Below are positions 21,352 through 30,515 of a stretch of 64,000 nt of DNA, one piece after another; the stretch's first letter is position 1, and each line of letters begins with the position of its first letter. Both the position numbers and the translations under genes were made by a program. A model generated the notes under the pieces. The model searched no databases. It was given only the letters and a program-made list of their open reading frames with translations, and was not told the origin of the DNA. Source of the stretch: an uncultured Gemmatimonadales bacterium (GTDB lineage Bacteria; Gemmatimonadota; Gemmatimonadetes; Longimicrobiales; RSA9); NCBI GenBank assembly GCA_963741945.1, contig CAVUKA010000001.1, forward strand, positions 1,248,001 to 1,312,000, written 5' to 3'.

Positions 21352-21560
21352 ACGCATGGGAGAGGCGCGGACGGCACCCCGCACGCATGGGTGAGGCGCG
21401 GACGGCACCGGCGGAGGCACTGCTGACAGCGGCGGAGGCACTGTTGACACCGGCGGGGGCGCTGAAGGCACCGGCGGAGGCGCGCTGAAGGTAGGGGCGG
21501 AGGCGCGCTGAAGGTACCGGCGGAGGAACTGCTGACACCGGCGGAGGCACTGAAGGCGCC
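21352..21560. repeat. Degenerate intergenic tandem repeat: a ~31-nt duplication followed by ~7 units of 21-23 nt
   Basis: ACGCATGGGWGAGGCGCGGACGGCACC twice, then GGCGGAGGCACTGCTGACACC / GGCGGAGGCGCGCTGAAGGTACC-like units from 21410. Confidence 0.75.
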
Positions 21561-21840
21561 CCGAAGGTGGCAGCCTCTCCGACCGCGGGGCAGTATTCAG
21601 CTTTATTCGCAGGGGAACACCCACGTGTGAGGGCCGTCGCCACGCGCCGGTCGAAATCCGGGCATACGCGGGTCAATGCCCCACGCGCGTGAGCCTCCCT
21701 CCACGCGCGGGTGCTTTCCAGTACCCCGCCGCCGAACCGTTCCAGCGCGCGGCCGCCCTGACGCGATCCGTCCCATTCCGCTATCGCGATCCACACCCCC
21801 CCGGCCCCATGATCCGGAAATGACTTGACGGAGGATGATT

Positions 21841-22029
21841 TTGTTCGCACGGATTTTCATGATGATATGGATGGCCGCCGTCGTGCTCGCCAGCGTGATA
21901 AGGTGGCGGCGGGAACAGAAGCAGTGGCTGCAGCTCGGGCAGCTCGTCGAAGCGGTGGGTGAGGCGCTGGCGCGGCCGGGGGAGCCAGCGGGACCGGCGC
22001 CGGGCGGCGGGCGTCGTCGCACCGCATAG
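21841..22029 (+). CDS. Possible small membrane protein
   Basis: GGAGG 6 nt before TTG 21841; hydrophobic N-terminus IFMMIWMAAVVLASVI. Confidence 0.35.
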   Translation: MFARIFMMIWMAAVVLASVIRWRREQKQWLQLGQLVEAVGEALARPGEPAGPAPGGGRRRTA

Positions 22030-22200
22030 TCGAGGGGTCGGGGGTGGGCGTCGCGCTGGCGAGGGAGCTGCTCGAGGAAGTCGACCTGCTCCTGGAGCCG
22101 CTGATCGTGGCCTTCGAGCGTTTGCATCCGCTCGGCCAGGCTCGACGAAGCCGCAGTGGAGGGACAACGCCCCGGTGGGAGAATGTGGCGTCTGCCGAAT

Positions 22201-22317
22201 GGCGGGAATGGCGGGAGCGGCGGGAGCGGCGGGAGCGGCGGGAGCGGCGGGAGCGGCGGGAGCGGCGGGAGCGGCGGGAGCGGCGGGAGCGGCGGGAGCG
22301 GCGGGAGCGGCGGGGGC
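22201..22317. repeat. 9-nt tandem repeat (GGCGGGAGC), about 11 perfect copies
   Basis: Read directly; flanked by the variants GGCGGGAAT and GGCGGGGGC. Confidence 0.9.
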
Positions 22318-22384
22318 GGCCGGTTGGCGGAGCGGCGGGAGCGGCGGGGGCGCGCGGCCAGGGGGCCAGCGCGCGGGTGCGCGA

Positions 22385-23284
22385 TCAGGGCGCCGGGTCG
22401 ATCCGGACCGTCATTCCGAGCCGCTTCTCGGCGAGGCTCCAGAAGGCTGCGGCCTGTTCCGGATCGCGGGCATCGGGGCTGGGTTCCCGGGGGGTCCGGC
22501 GGTCGAAGTAGCGGCCGCCGGGCTCGTCGCCGGGCCGGAGGGCTCGGTCGGCCACGGTGCGCGCGGCTTCCCGGACCGAGGTCGCGAACGGCATCCAGCG
22601 GAGCACGTAGCGGATGAGGAGGCGCTGCTTCCCGCGGGTATGGGGCGCGACGGTCGCGGGGACGAACCCGGGGGAGACGGCATCCGCGTGGATTCCCTGA
22701 ATGCCGTGACGTCGCTCCCATTCCCGGGTGAGCCAGATCTGGGCGAGCTTGGCGTTCTTGTAGGCGCGCTCCGGGCTGTACCCGCGCCCGAGGTCCGGGG
22801 CGTGGAAATCGAAGCGAACTTCGTCGCCGTGGGACCCGGGCGCGTGCAGGCTGGAGGTGACGAATACGAACCGGGCCGGGCGCCGCAAACGGGGCGCGAG
22901 CATTGTGGTCAGCAGCAGGGGCCCAAGCGCGTGCACCTGGAGCGTTTCCTCGGCACCGTCCGGGCTCAACCGCCGGCTGGCCGGCGGCACGAGTGCGCCC
23001 GCGTTGTGCACGAGCACGTCAAGCGGGTTCCCGTCCGCCAGCGCGGCAGCGCAGCGTCGAATGGAAGCGAAGGAGGCCAGGTCGAGCGGGACGGCTTGCA
23101 GCCGCGCCTCGCCGTGCTCGCGCCTGAGCCGGTCCGCGGCCGCACCGCCCCCGGCGGGATCGCGGAACGTGAAGGTGACGCTGTGGCCGCGCCGGAGCAG
23201 CTCGGCGGCCGTGGCGAAGCCGATCCCGCGGTTCCCGCCCGTTACCAGGACGTGCCGGCGCGCGCTGCTTGTCGGGTCGGTCAT
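22385..23284 (-). CDS. SDR oxidoreductase (retinol dehydrogenase/WWOX-like)
   Basis: TGGNRGIG, LDLASFASI, HNAG, YKNAK. Confidence 0.85.
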   Translation of the reverse strand: MTDPTSSARRHVLVTGGNRGIGFATAAELLRRGHSVTFTFRDPAGGGAAADRLRREHGEARLQAVPLDLASFASIRRCAAALADGNPLDVLVHNAGALVPPASRRLSPDGAEETLQVHALGPLLLTTMLAPRLRRPARFVFVTSSLHAPGSHGDEVRFDFHAPDLGRGYSPERAYKNAKLAQIWLTREWERRHGIQGIHADAVSPGFVPATVAPHTRGKQRLLIRYVLRWMPFATSVREAARTVADRALRPGDEPGGRYFDRRTPREPSPDARDPEQAAAFWSLAEKRLGMTVRIDPAP

Positions 23285-23314
23285 CCCGGACTCCGTTGGT
23301 TCAGTGCGCTGCCT

Positions 23315-23719
23315 TCACCCCAGCTCCTCCGCGTGGGCCCGGATGCGGCGCACCATCTCGGCCAGGCCATTGGCCCGGGCGGGGGAGAGGTGAGTCCGCA
23401 GCCCTGTATGATCGAGGAAGCCCAGGTCGGCGTCCCGGATCTCGGCGGGCGTCCGGTCGTCGAGAACGCGCAGGAGCAGGGCGATGATCCCGCGCGTGAT
23501 CATGGCCTCCGCATCTGCCGCGAGCCGCAGGCGGCCGTCGCTCATCTCGGCGCGGATCCACACGCGGGACTCGCAGCCGGGCACCGCGAACTCCTGCGCC
23601 CGGATGGACGGCTCGGGGACTTTCATCTCCCTGCCCCGCCGGACCAGGTATTCGTAGCGGGCCAGCGGGTCCTCCAGTCCTTCCATCTCGGCGACGATTT
23701 CGGCCTCCACTGTCGCCAT
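23315..23719 (-). CDS. sufE: SufE family sulfur-acceptor protein
   Basis: RYEYLV, VPGCESRVWI (Cys), ADAEAMITRG, LSPARANGL. Confidence 0.88.
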   Translation of the reverse strand: MATVEAEIVAEMEGLEDPLARYEYLVRRGREMKVPEPSIRAQEFAVPGCESRVWIRAEMSDGRLRLAADAEAMITRGIIALLLRVLDDRTPAEIRDADLGFLDHTGLRTHLSPARANGLAEMVRRIRAHAEELG

Positions 23720-23748
23720 GGTCCGCCGCCCCTTCGCCCCGGCCGCCC

Positions 23749-25059
23749 TCACGCCGCGCGCTCCCCGGGGTCTCCGGTCTCGATGGGGTTGTCGGGGTCG
23801 CTGCTCCACTCGAACCAGCCGCCATCGTAGACGGACACGCGGGGCCAGGCCAGCAGCCACGCGTTGAAGAACGCCTCGCTCCCGCGCCACCCGGTTCCGC
23901 AATAGAAGGCGTTGTGCCGCTCCGGCGTGATGCCGGCCTTCCGCCATTCGGCCACGACCTCGCCGTACTCACGGCTGGTGTGGTCCAGGTTGCGGTAGTT
24001 CTCCATGTGGTAGGCGTCGCTCCCGCAGCTGCCGAACACCGAGCCCGGGATCCGCCCCTTGCGCTCGATGTAGTTGTACCCGCTCACCTCGCCGACATAC
24101 TCCGCCCAGCTCCGCACGCTCACCAGGTTGGCCTCGGGCGACGCGAGGATCTCCTTCGCGTCCGGGAGGTCCACCGCGAGCTCCGGGTGCCCGGGGATCC
24201 GGCTGCCGAAATCCGTCGCCGGCTCCGGATCCACCGGCGCCGTGCTCGTGTCGAAGCCCGCATCGAGCCATGACTGGAGACCGCCATTGAGCACGCGGAC
24301 GTCCTTCACGCCCGCCCACAGCATGATGAACGCGCACCGGAACGCGGCCAGCTGACCTGCGCTGCTCCCGGGGAACGGATCGGCGTTGTCGGGGAAGGAG
24401 AAGCGCCCGTACAGGCACACGGTGGTGTCCGCCGTGATGCCGAGCGCGAGCAGCGCGTCCCTCACCTCATCCGGCGAGCGGCGGTTCCACGTTTCGGAGG
24501 ACTCGAGCGTGTTGGTGTCCAGGCTCAGGGCCCCGGGGATGTGACCTGCCTCGTAGTCGCCGTGGTTCCGGTAATGGGCATGGCAGAGGACGAGCGGGCC
24601 ACGGTCGTACTCGGGCGCGTTCCCTTCCGTCAGCACCTGGCGCAGCCAGACTGCGGGTACCAGGTGGCGATAGCGTGGCAGGTGCTCCAGCGGCAGCGAC
24701 GGGTCGGCAGCCCATTCGTCGCTGAAGCGGTGGTAGAGATGGACCTCTCCGAACCCGGCGCGCCGGAACAGGTCGGCCACTTCCTCCGTCCCGGCGGCGT
24801 CCTGGCCGTAGACCACCAGTGGCCGATCCGGATCGAGTCCCTTCGAACGGACGATCTCGATCCAGTCCACGTAGCGGCTCCATTTGTGGGGCAGCGTCCG
24901 GGCCCCGGGGATGTGGCCTCCCCTGGGCTCTCCCTCCATGCGCCAGCCGTTGTAGGCGTCAATGGGGCGGACATCCACGAGTTGATTTCTCGGATCCTCC
25001 AGCCGCTGCCGAAGGTCCGCGGTTCCAATCTCGTCCAGGCCATGGTTCACGTGAGGCAT
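23749..25059 (-). CDS. Three-domain rhodanese sulfurtransferase (YnjE-like)
   Basis: Repeated GHIPGA; active site FYCGTGWR; VYDGGWFEWS; alternative start GTG 25050. Confidence 0.88.
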   Translation of the reverse strand: MPHVNHGLDEIGTADLRQRLEDPRNQLVDVRPIDAYNGWRMEGEPRGGHIPGARTLPHKWSRYVDWIEIVRSKGLDPDRPLVVYGQDAAGTEEVADLFRRAGFGEVHLYHRFSDEWAADPSLPLEHLPRYRHLVPAVWLRQVLTEGNAPEYDRGPLVLCHAHYRNHGDYEAGHIPGALSLDTNTLESSETWNRRSPDEVRDALLALGITADTTVCLYGRFSFPDNADPFPGSSAGQLAAFRCAFIMLWAGVKDVRVLNGGLQSWLDAGFDTSTAPVDPEPATDFGSRIPGHPELAVDLPDAKEILASPEANLVSVRSWAEYVGEVSGYNYIERKGRIPGSVFGSCGSDAYHMENYRNLDHTSREYGEVVAEWRKAGITPERHNAFYCGTGWRGSEAFFNAWLLAWPRVSVYDGGWFEWSSDPDNPIETGDPGERAA

Positions 25060-25364
25060 CCTCGGGGGTTGGCGGTGAATACCTGGGCGTCGTCCGGACG
25101 CCGCCCGCAACGTACGCGGCGCCGCTGCGACTCGCATCCGCCGGGACTGCTCCCGGTCCACCGGGACACGAGTGGGTGCGGGAGCCGACGGCGCGCGAGC
25201 GAACCGCCCGGCGGCTGTCGGCGACGATCCGCCCCCGCCGCGCGCACACTCCGGGCCACGGTGGCGAGGGAACGATCCATTGCCGGGCCGCCATCGCCGC
25301 CGGGCGCGCCGGACCGATAGTTGCACCATCCCCGCGACGGAGCAAACATACCCGGGGCAACCAC

Positions 25365-25917
25365 TTGAGCGATCAGCAGGACAGTACGGACGAACGGCAG
25401 CCGCCTCGCTTCGTCGACGCCAGATGGGCCATCGTGGGGGGTGTCTTCGCAGCCCTGTTCGCCGGAGGCATCATGGCCCTCGTGGGCCGCATTGGAAATT
25501 ACGAGGCCCGCCGCCTCCTCGAAGCCACCATCCCCTCCCTCCGCTTCCTCTCCTCCTCCGTCCTCACCGCCGCCGCCACAATCCTCGCGCTCATGCTCAC
25601 CCTCCTCGGCATGAGCAACCAGACCGATGCCCGCCTGAAGCCACGGCACTATCGACGCGTGCAGCAGGCATTCTGTCATGGCGGTGGTGGCCCTCATCAC
25701 CTCCGTGGCCGTGCTCATGATCCTGACGTTCCCACTCGAGCAATCGCAGCAGCTGAACGGCTTCTACAACGTGGTCTATTACGCCCTCGTCGCCTGCTCT
25801 GCCATCCTGGGCGGGATGATGGTCACCGTGGTCCTCATGCTGCTCAACGCCATCCGCGAGCTCGTGGGCGTGTTCCGGCCCAGTGGCAACAGTCGCCTCC
25901 TCGCTGACGACCGCTGA
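25365..25917 (+). pseudogene. Multi-TM membrane protein split by a frameshift near 25671 (pseudogene or sequencing error)
   Basis: Hydrophobic frame WAIVGG..LALMLTLLG..RVQQA continues in another frame as MAVVALIT..RLLADDR; removing one T from GCATTCTGTC joins them. Confidence 0.65.
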
Positions 25918-25946
25918 ACGACCCGGGCGGCATGCCGAGGCGGATG

Positions 25947-25981
25947 CAGAACGGCCCCGGCAGTCCGCCGGGGCCGTTCTG
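25947..25981. terminator. Hairpin terminator between convergent genes
   Basis: 15-bp stem CAGAACGGCCCCGGC / GCCGGGGCCGTTCTG with AGTCC loop. Confidence 0.7.
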
Positions 25982-26007
25982 TTCTCAAGTGCGTTGCTGC
26001 GCGGTCA

Positions 26008-27222
26008 CTACTTGAGGTTGGGATTCGACATCTGTTCGTTGAGGCTGATCGGGATACAGGTGTCCCGACCATTGAGGAAATCGTTGTGCGACGCGTCCGT
26101 GGCCGCGTACCACCGGCGCAGGTCGCCGAGGCGGCGCGCCTCGAGCCAGAGCACGGCACCGCGCTCCTTCTCGAGTATGGTCCAGGCTTCGGCCGCAGTT
26201 GCGGCCGTAACGGGATCGAGGTCGTAGGCAGCCCGCTCCTGGTTCATCAGAGCGACGGAGCCGTCCACGTCGCCCTGGCGCAGCGCGGCCTCGGCGCGGA
26301 TGAGCAGCATTTCGGTTCCCTTGGCCAGCGGGATGTTGGCGTCGAGGGTCGGGTACTTCATCTGGCGGAAATAGACGGTGTGCCCGTCCTGTCCCACCTG
26401 CAGTTTCCCGCTCGACGTCTTGACCGTGTCCCACGGCACGCGAGGGTCGTTGCGCGGGTTGGTCGCCCACTGAGTGCCCCAGACGCTGAATTCGCGACGC
26501 GTCTGCGTCTCATAGGCGAGATCGTTGTTCTCGCGGCTGGTGTTCAGCGACATGATGGCGTCGTACCGGAGGCTGACGGGTACCTGCTCGGCATCGGCCA
26601 CGGCACCCACCCAATCGCCCAGGTCCGCGCGCACGGACGCCCGGCCGGCGAGCGCGACGCTGGCGAGGTCGGCGTGACCCTGGCGGTTCGCAAAAGCGAG
26701 CGCCTGCGTGAACGCCGAATCCGCGCGCTGGAAATGAACCGTGTAGGGCTGACTGGGCCCGCCATCGATCACGGCATGGCAGACGTTCTCGCCCAGCAGT
26801 CGGTTGGCGAAGCCCATGTAGAGGTAGGCTCGCACGGCGAGGATGCTCGAGTCGAAGCTGGAGCCCAGTACGTCGCGCAGCCGCTCGATCCCCACCTCGG
26901 CCACCCAGCGTGCACCATGCATATCCGCCCACTCGCCCACGACGGCGTCGGACGGGATCTCACCGGCGGCGTAGAAATTCTCGTCCGAGTAGTTGCCCGA
27001 GTGCGTCATCTCGTCACCCATGACGGAGACGGACATGGACAGGTTGCTGATGGCCTGGGAGAGGTCCGCGGACATACCCGTGACCAGCCCGGGCATCGCG
27101 GCGGGCGTGTTCAACGCGTCGTCGGGAAGCGGTCCGGGGTTCGTGACACTCAGGTCGCACGCCGCCAGCAGGAGGGCGGTCGCGACGAACAGGGCTCCGC
27201 TGAGCCGAATGTGATTCGTCAT
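26008..27222 (-). CDS. RagB/SusD-family outer membrane lipoprotein
   Basis: Lipobox LAAC, DLSVTNP; EMLLIRAEA; ER..LWLEARRLGDLRR; follows the TonB receptor; GGAGGAG RBS. Confidence 0.85.
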   Translation of the reverse strand: MTNHIRLSGALFVATALLLAACDLSVTNPGPLPDDALNTPAAMPGLVTGMSADLSQAISNLSMSVSVMGDEMTHSGNYSDENFYAAGEIPSDAVVGEWADMHGARWVAEVGIERLRDVLGSSFDSSILAVRAYLYMGFANRLLGENVCHAVIDGGPSQPYTVHFQRADSAFTQALAFANRQGHADLASVALAGRASVRADLGDWVGAVADAEQVPVSLRYDAIMSLNTSRENNDLAYETQTRREFSVWGTQWATNPRNDPRVPWDTVKTSSGKLQVGQDGHTVYFRQMKYPTLDANIPLAKGTEMLLIRAEAALRQGDVDGSVALMNQERAAYDLDPVTAATAAEAWTILEKERGAVLWLEARRLGDLRRWYAATDASHNDFLNGRDTCIPISLNEQMSNPNLK

Positions 27223-27235
27223 GTTTGCTCCTCCG

Positions 27236-30193
27236 TCAGAAGTCGACGCGCAGAGTGGCCAGGAACGTCCGCGCCGGCGGCAGGACGTAGTAGTCGCGCC
27301 TCGAGAAGCTGCCGTCGCGCTGATCGGCCACCTCGGGGTCTGCACCGCTGAAGTCGGACCACTTGAACAGGTTCCGCCCTGCCACCGTGAGGCTGGTGTT
27401 GTGGCCCCCGGGGATGAACCGGTCCGGGATGGCGTAGGTCAGCGAGATGCTGCGCAGCTTGAAGAAGTCCGTCGACTCCACCCACAGGGCGTAGTCACGG
27501 ATGCTGCTGGTGAGGGTGCAGCGCGCGCGTTCCAGCGCGGTCACGTCGTCCAGAGCGTGTTCGTCGCCGCCCGCGGCGGCCTTGAGCTTGGCCTGGACCC
27601 CGTAGCAGGGCTGCCACGTCTGCTTGTAGGCGTTCTGATAGCCCGTGGCGTTCAGCAGGTGCCCACCGAGCTGCCACTCGCCCAGCGCCTGGAACGTCAG
27701 GCGCTTCATCAGCGTGAGGTCCATCGATGGCGAGATGATCTTCGTCGGGTACGCCGATCCGAGGTACGTGCTGGCCACGCTGCCGGTGGCGTCGGTCACG
27801 AACACCGGATCCTCGTACGCATCGGGGTTTGCCACCTTCTTGCCGAAGTACGACGGTACGGGGTAGCCGTCCTCCACGTAGGTGCGCGAAAGGTCATTGA
27901 TGATGAGCCTCTCGCCACCGACGTCGCCCGCCTCGCTGTGGACGGTCGAGAAGTTCAGGTGCGCATTCAACTCCACCTCATCGGCGCGCACCAGGCCGAG
28001 GTCCAGACGGGTCTCGAACCCGCTGTTGTAGATCTCGCCCACGTTCTCGAGCTGCGTGGCACTGAACCCCTCGGACGGCGGAAAGACCATCGGGATGAGC
28101 GCATCGAACGTGTGCTGATTGTAGTACGTGACCTCCAGGCCGATACGCCCTCTGAGCGCGCTGGCGTCGAAGCCGACCTCCGTCTCGCGCGTGCGCTCCG
28201 GGCCCAGATCCGGGTTGCCGATCTGCGCCGGTGTGAACCCCGGCTGGCCGTTGTCGCCGGCGATCGGCTGCCAGGTGCGCACCGCGTCGAACGCGCCCGG
28301 GGCCTTGCCCGATTCACCAATGGCGCCGCGCAGCTTGAACGTCTCGATGGCGCGCGGCCAGAAGGCGTAATCGGACAGGACGTAGGAGGCGCTCAGCTTC
28401 GGATAGGGCTGGAGCCCGAAGCTCTCGCCGAACGAGCTGTTCCCATCCACGCGCAGCCCCGCAGTGAGGAAGAGCCGGTCCTGGAAGGCCACCTGCTCCT
28501 GCAGGAAGAAACCGGCGTTGATCTCCCGCAGATAGCTCGAGTTGGTGACGTCGCGCTGCGCCGCCGAGGTCAGCGTCGGCTCGCCGGGGCCCGAGAAATC
28601 GGCGGCGTCCACGCTCGTGCGGGTGGATCGGCTGTCGAAGAGCTGAGCGCCCCAGGACGACGTGGTGGCCAGGCCGAACAGCTTCATGTTGTAGGAGCCC
28701 GCGTAATCGGCGGACAGAAGCACACGCTTCCAGCCATCCCACCACAGCTCGCCGAGCGGGACGCGCGGGAAGCCGAACGGGTCCAGCGTGTTGTTGTCCA
28801 GGTTGTTGTAGTCGTACCCCAGGCTGAACCGGTTCGTGAGCGCGTCCGAGGGGTTGTAGTTGAGCGATATCCCGCTGATGTAGTGATCCGACTTCGTGGT
28901 GTTGTCCGTGGTGAAGATCGCGCCGTTGTCGAGGCACACCACACCAGGATCGCTGCAGTCGGTCCCCTTGAAGTTGTTGAACGGGCCGCGGGACAGGTTC
29001 AGCAGGACCCCATTGGCATTGTTGCCATCCGGGATCCACTGGGTATTACGGCGCGTGTAGGAAGAGCTGACCGCCACCTTGAGCTTGGGCGAAGGCAGGA
29101 AGGAGAAGTTCGCGCGGAACCCGCCGTCGGCGGTGCCGCCGTCGCCGAGCACGCCGCGTTCGTCCTTGTAGTTACCGGCCAGGTAGTAGGTCATGTCGCC
29201 CGCGCCGCCGCGGACCGAGAGGCCGTATCGCTGGATCGCGCCCCGCTTGAGCCAGCTGCCGCTGGCCGGGCAGCTGGGATCCTCGAAGCGCGTCCCATCG
29301 CCGACCACCATGTTCGGGCCACTACACTCGTTCAGGAACATCCCGGTCGGGTCGCTCGAAGCACCCACGTGCCCCATGCTGTTGAAGCCCGCGCCGACTT
29401 CGGCGTTCCACTGCGGCGTCCCGGTCACGCCACCCTTGGTGAAGATCTGGATCACGCCGCCCGACGCTTCCGTGCCGTAGAGCGTCGTGGCCGCCGGGCC
29501 CTTGATCACCTCGATCCGCTCGATGTCAGCGGGCGAGATGTCGTTCAGCGGCATCGCGGCCTGCCGCGACGCGATGCTCGTGGGCGCGGAACCGTTGTAG
29601 ATCCGGATCCCGTCCAGGTAGATGATCGGGCTGTTCCCCTGGCTCACGCTGTTGTTGCCGCGGAGCCGGATGTTGCCGCCCGCGCCCGGCTGACCCGAGT
29701 TCTGGAGCACGCTCACGCCCGGCGAGCTCGCGGCCAGGATATCCTGGGGATTCGCCACCGCCGTCGCCGCAAACTCTCCGGGGTTGATGGTCGAGACGCT
29801 GTTGCCGATCTGCCGCTTGCGTTCCTGGCCCGTGGCCGTCACCACCAGCTCGTCCAGCGCGACCGCTGTCTGGGAGATCTCGAAATCCAGCGTCACCGGC
29901 CCGTTCGCGACCACCACTTCCTTCGACACCGGGCCGTAGCCAATGATCGTGACGCGCACCTGCGCGCGGCCGGCCTTGACGCCGTTGATCAGATACTGGC
30001 CCGCCGTGTTCGAAAGGGCGCCCAGGCCCGTGCCGTTCACCGACACCTGGGCCCCGGCAATGGGTTCGCCGGTACCCGCGTCCGTCACTCTGCCCTGAAT
30101 GGTGCCGCCCGCCTGCTGTGCCGCCAGCGCCGTGCCCGACATCAGGCCCAGGGCGAGCGCTATCGCCAGCCAAGGAATTTTGCCGCCTGCCAT
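27236..30193 (-). CDS. SusC/RagA-family TonB-dependent receptor
   Basis: Carboxypeptidase-like N-domain, LDELVVTATG, IERIEVIKGPAATTLYG, C-terminal F. Confidence 0.92.
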   Translation of the reverse strand: MAGGKIPWLAIALALGLMSGTALAAQQAGGTIQGRVTDAGTGEPIAGAQVSVNGTGLGALSNTAGQYLINGVKAGRAQVRVTIIGYGPVSKEVVVANGPVTLDFEISQTAVALDELVVTATGQERKRQIGNSVSTINPGEFAATAVANPQDILAASSPGVSVLQNSGQPGAGGNIRLRGNNSVSQGNSPIIYLDGIRIYNGSAPTSIASRQAAMPLNDISPADIERIEVIKGPAATTLYGTEASGGVIQIFTKGGVTGTPQWNAEVGAGFNSMGHVGASSDPTGMFLNECSGPNMVVGDGTRFEDPSCPASGSWLKRGAIQRYGLSVRGGAGDMTYYLAGNYKDERGVLGDGGTADGGFRANFSFLPSPKLKVAVSSSYTRRNTQWIPDGNNANGVLLNLSRGPFNNFKGTDCSDPGVVCLDNGAIFTTDNTTKSDHYISGISLNYNPSDALTNRFSLGYDYNNLDNNTLDPFGFPRVPLGELWWDGWKRVLLSADYAGSYNMKLFGLATTSSWGAQLFDSRSTRTSVDAADFSGPGEPTLTSAAQRDVTNSSYLREINAGFFLQEQVAFQDRLFLTAGLRVDGNSSFGESFGLQPYPKLSASYVLSDYAFWPRAIETFKLRGAIGESGKAPGAFDAVRTWQPIAGDNGQPGFTPAQIGNPDLGPERTRETEVGFDASALRGRIGLEVTYYNQHTFDALIPMVFPPSEGFSATQLENVGEIYNSGFETRLDLGLVRADEVELNAHLNFSTVHSEAGDVGGERLIINDLSRTYVEDGYPVPSYFGKKVANPDAYEDPVFVTDATGSVASTYLGSAYPTKIISPSMDLTLMKRLTFQALGEWQLGGHLLNATGYQNAYKQTWQPCYGVQAKLKAAAGGDEHALDDVTALERARCTLTSSIRDYALWVESTDFFKLRSISLTYAIPDRFIPGGHNTSLTVAGRNLFKWSDFSGADPEVADQRDGSFSRRDYYVLPPARTFLATLRVDF

Positions 30194-30515
30194 TGCAGCC
30201 TCCAGATCTCAGATTTCGGAGGTGAGTTGATGATTGCTGCGGGTTCAGCGCCCCACTGGGCGCCCACCGGGTCCGCTCCCGGTCAGGTGCACGCCGGAAT
30301 CAGGGCCGAAGCATGGCCGCGGAATATGCGGCTGCCGTGTCCGTGTCCGGCACAGGACAACCCGGTCTGTGGAGGAGAGTGAGCGTATGAAGCTGGCAGT
30401 ATACAACGGGCCGGGCCCTCTGGCACCATCCGCGGGCCCCCGCCCCGGGAACGTGGCGCGGGTCCGCGGTTCCCGGCCGCGAGCGATCGATGTGGGCGCC
30501 GGACGCGCTCGCGGG

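Noticed and set aside
21352-21560. Possible CRISPR array
   Set aside because: Units are contiguous and degenerate with no unique spacers, and no cas genes are in the window.
21959-22721. ORFs reading poly-RRE, GGS, AAG or PPL
   Set aside because: They are translations of the 9-nt repeat in different frames, lack RBS support and overlap the SDR gene.
27221-30382. 1053-aa + strand ORF, and other long antisense ORFs (6847-9288, 46053-48410, 50794-53760, 54316-57123)
   Set aside because: Shadow ORFs of real genes in high-GC DNA with no recognisable motifs.
30194-30515. Riboswitch (e.g. cobalamin) in the TonB receptor leader
   Set aside because: No conserved riboswitch boxes recognised; only a weak RBS-pairing hairpin.
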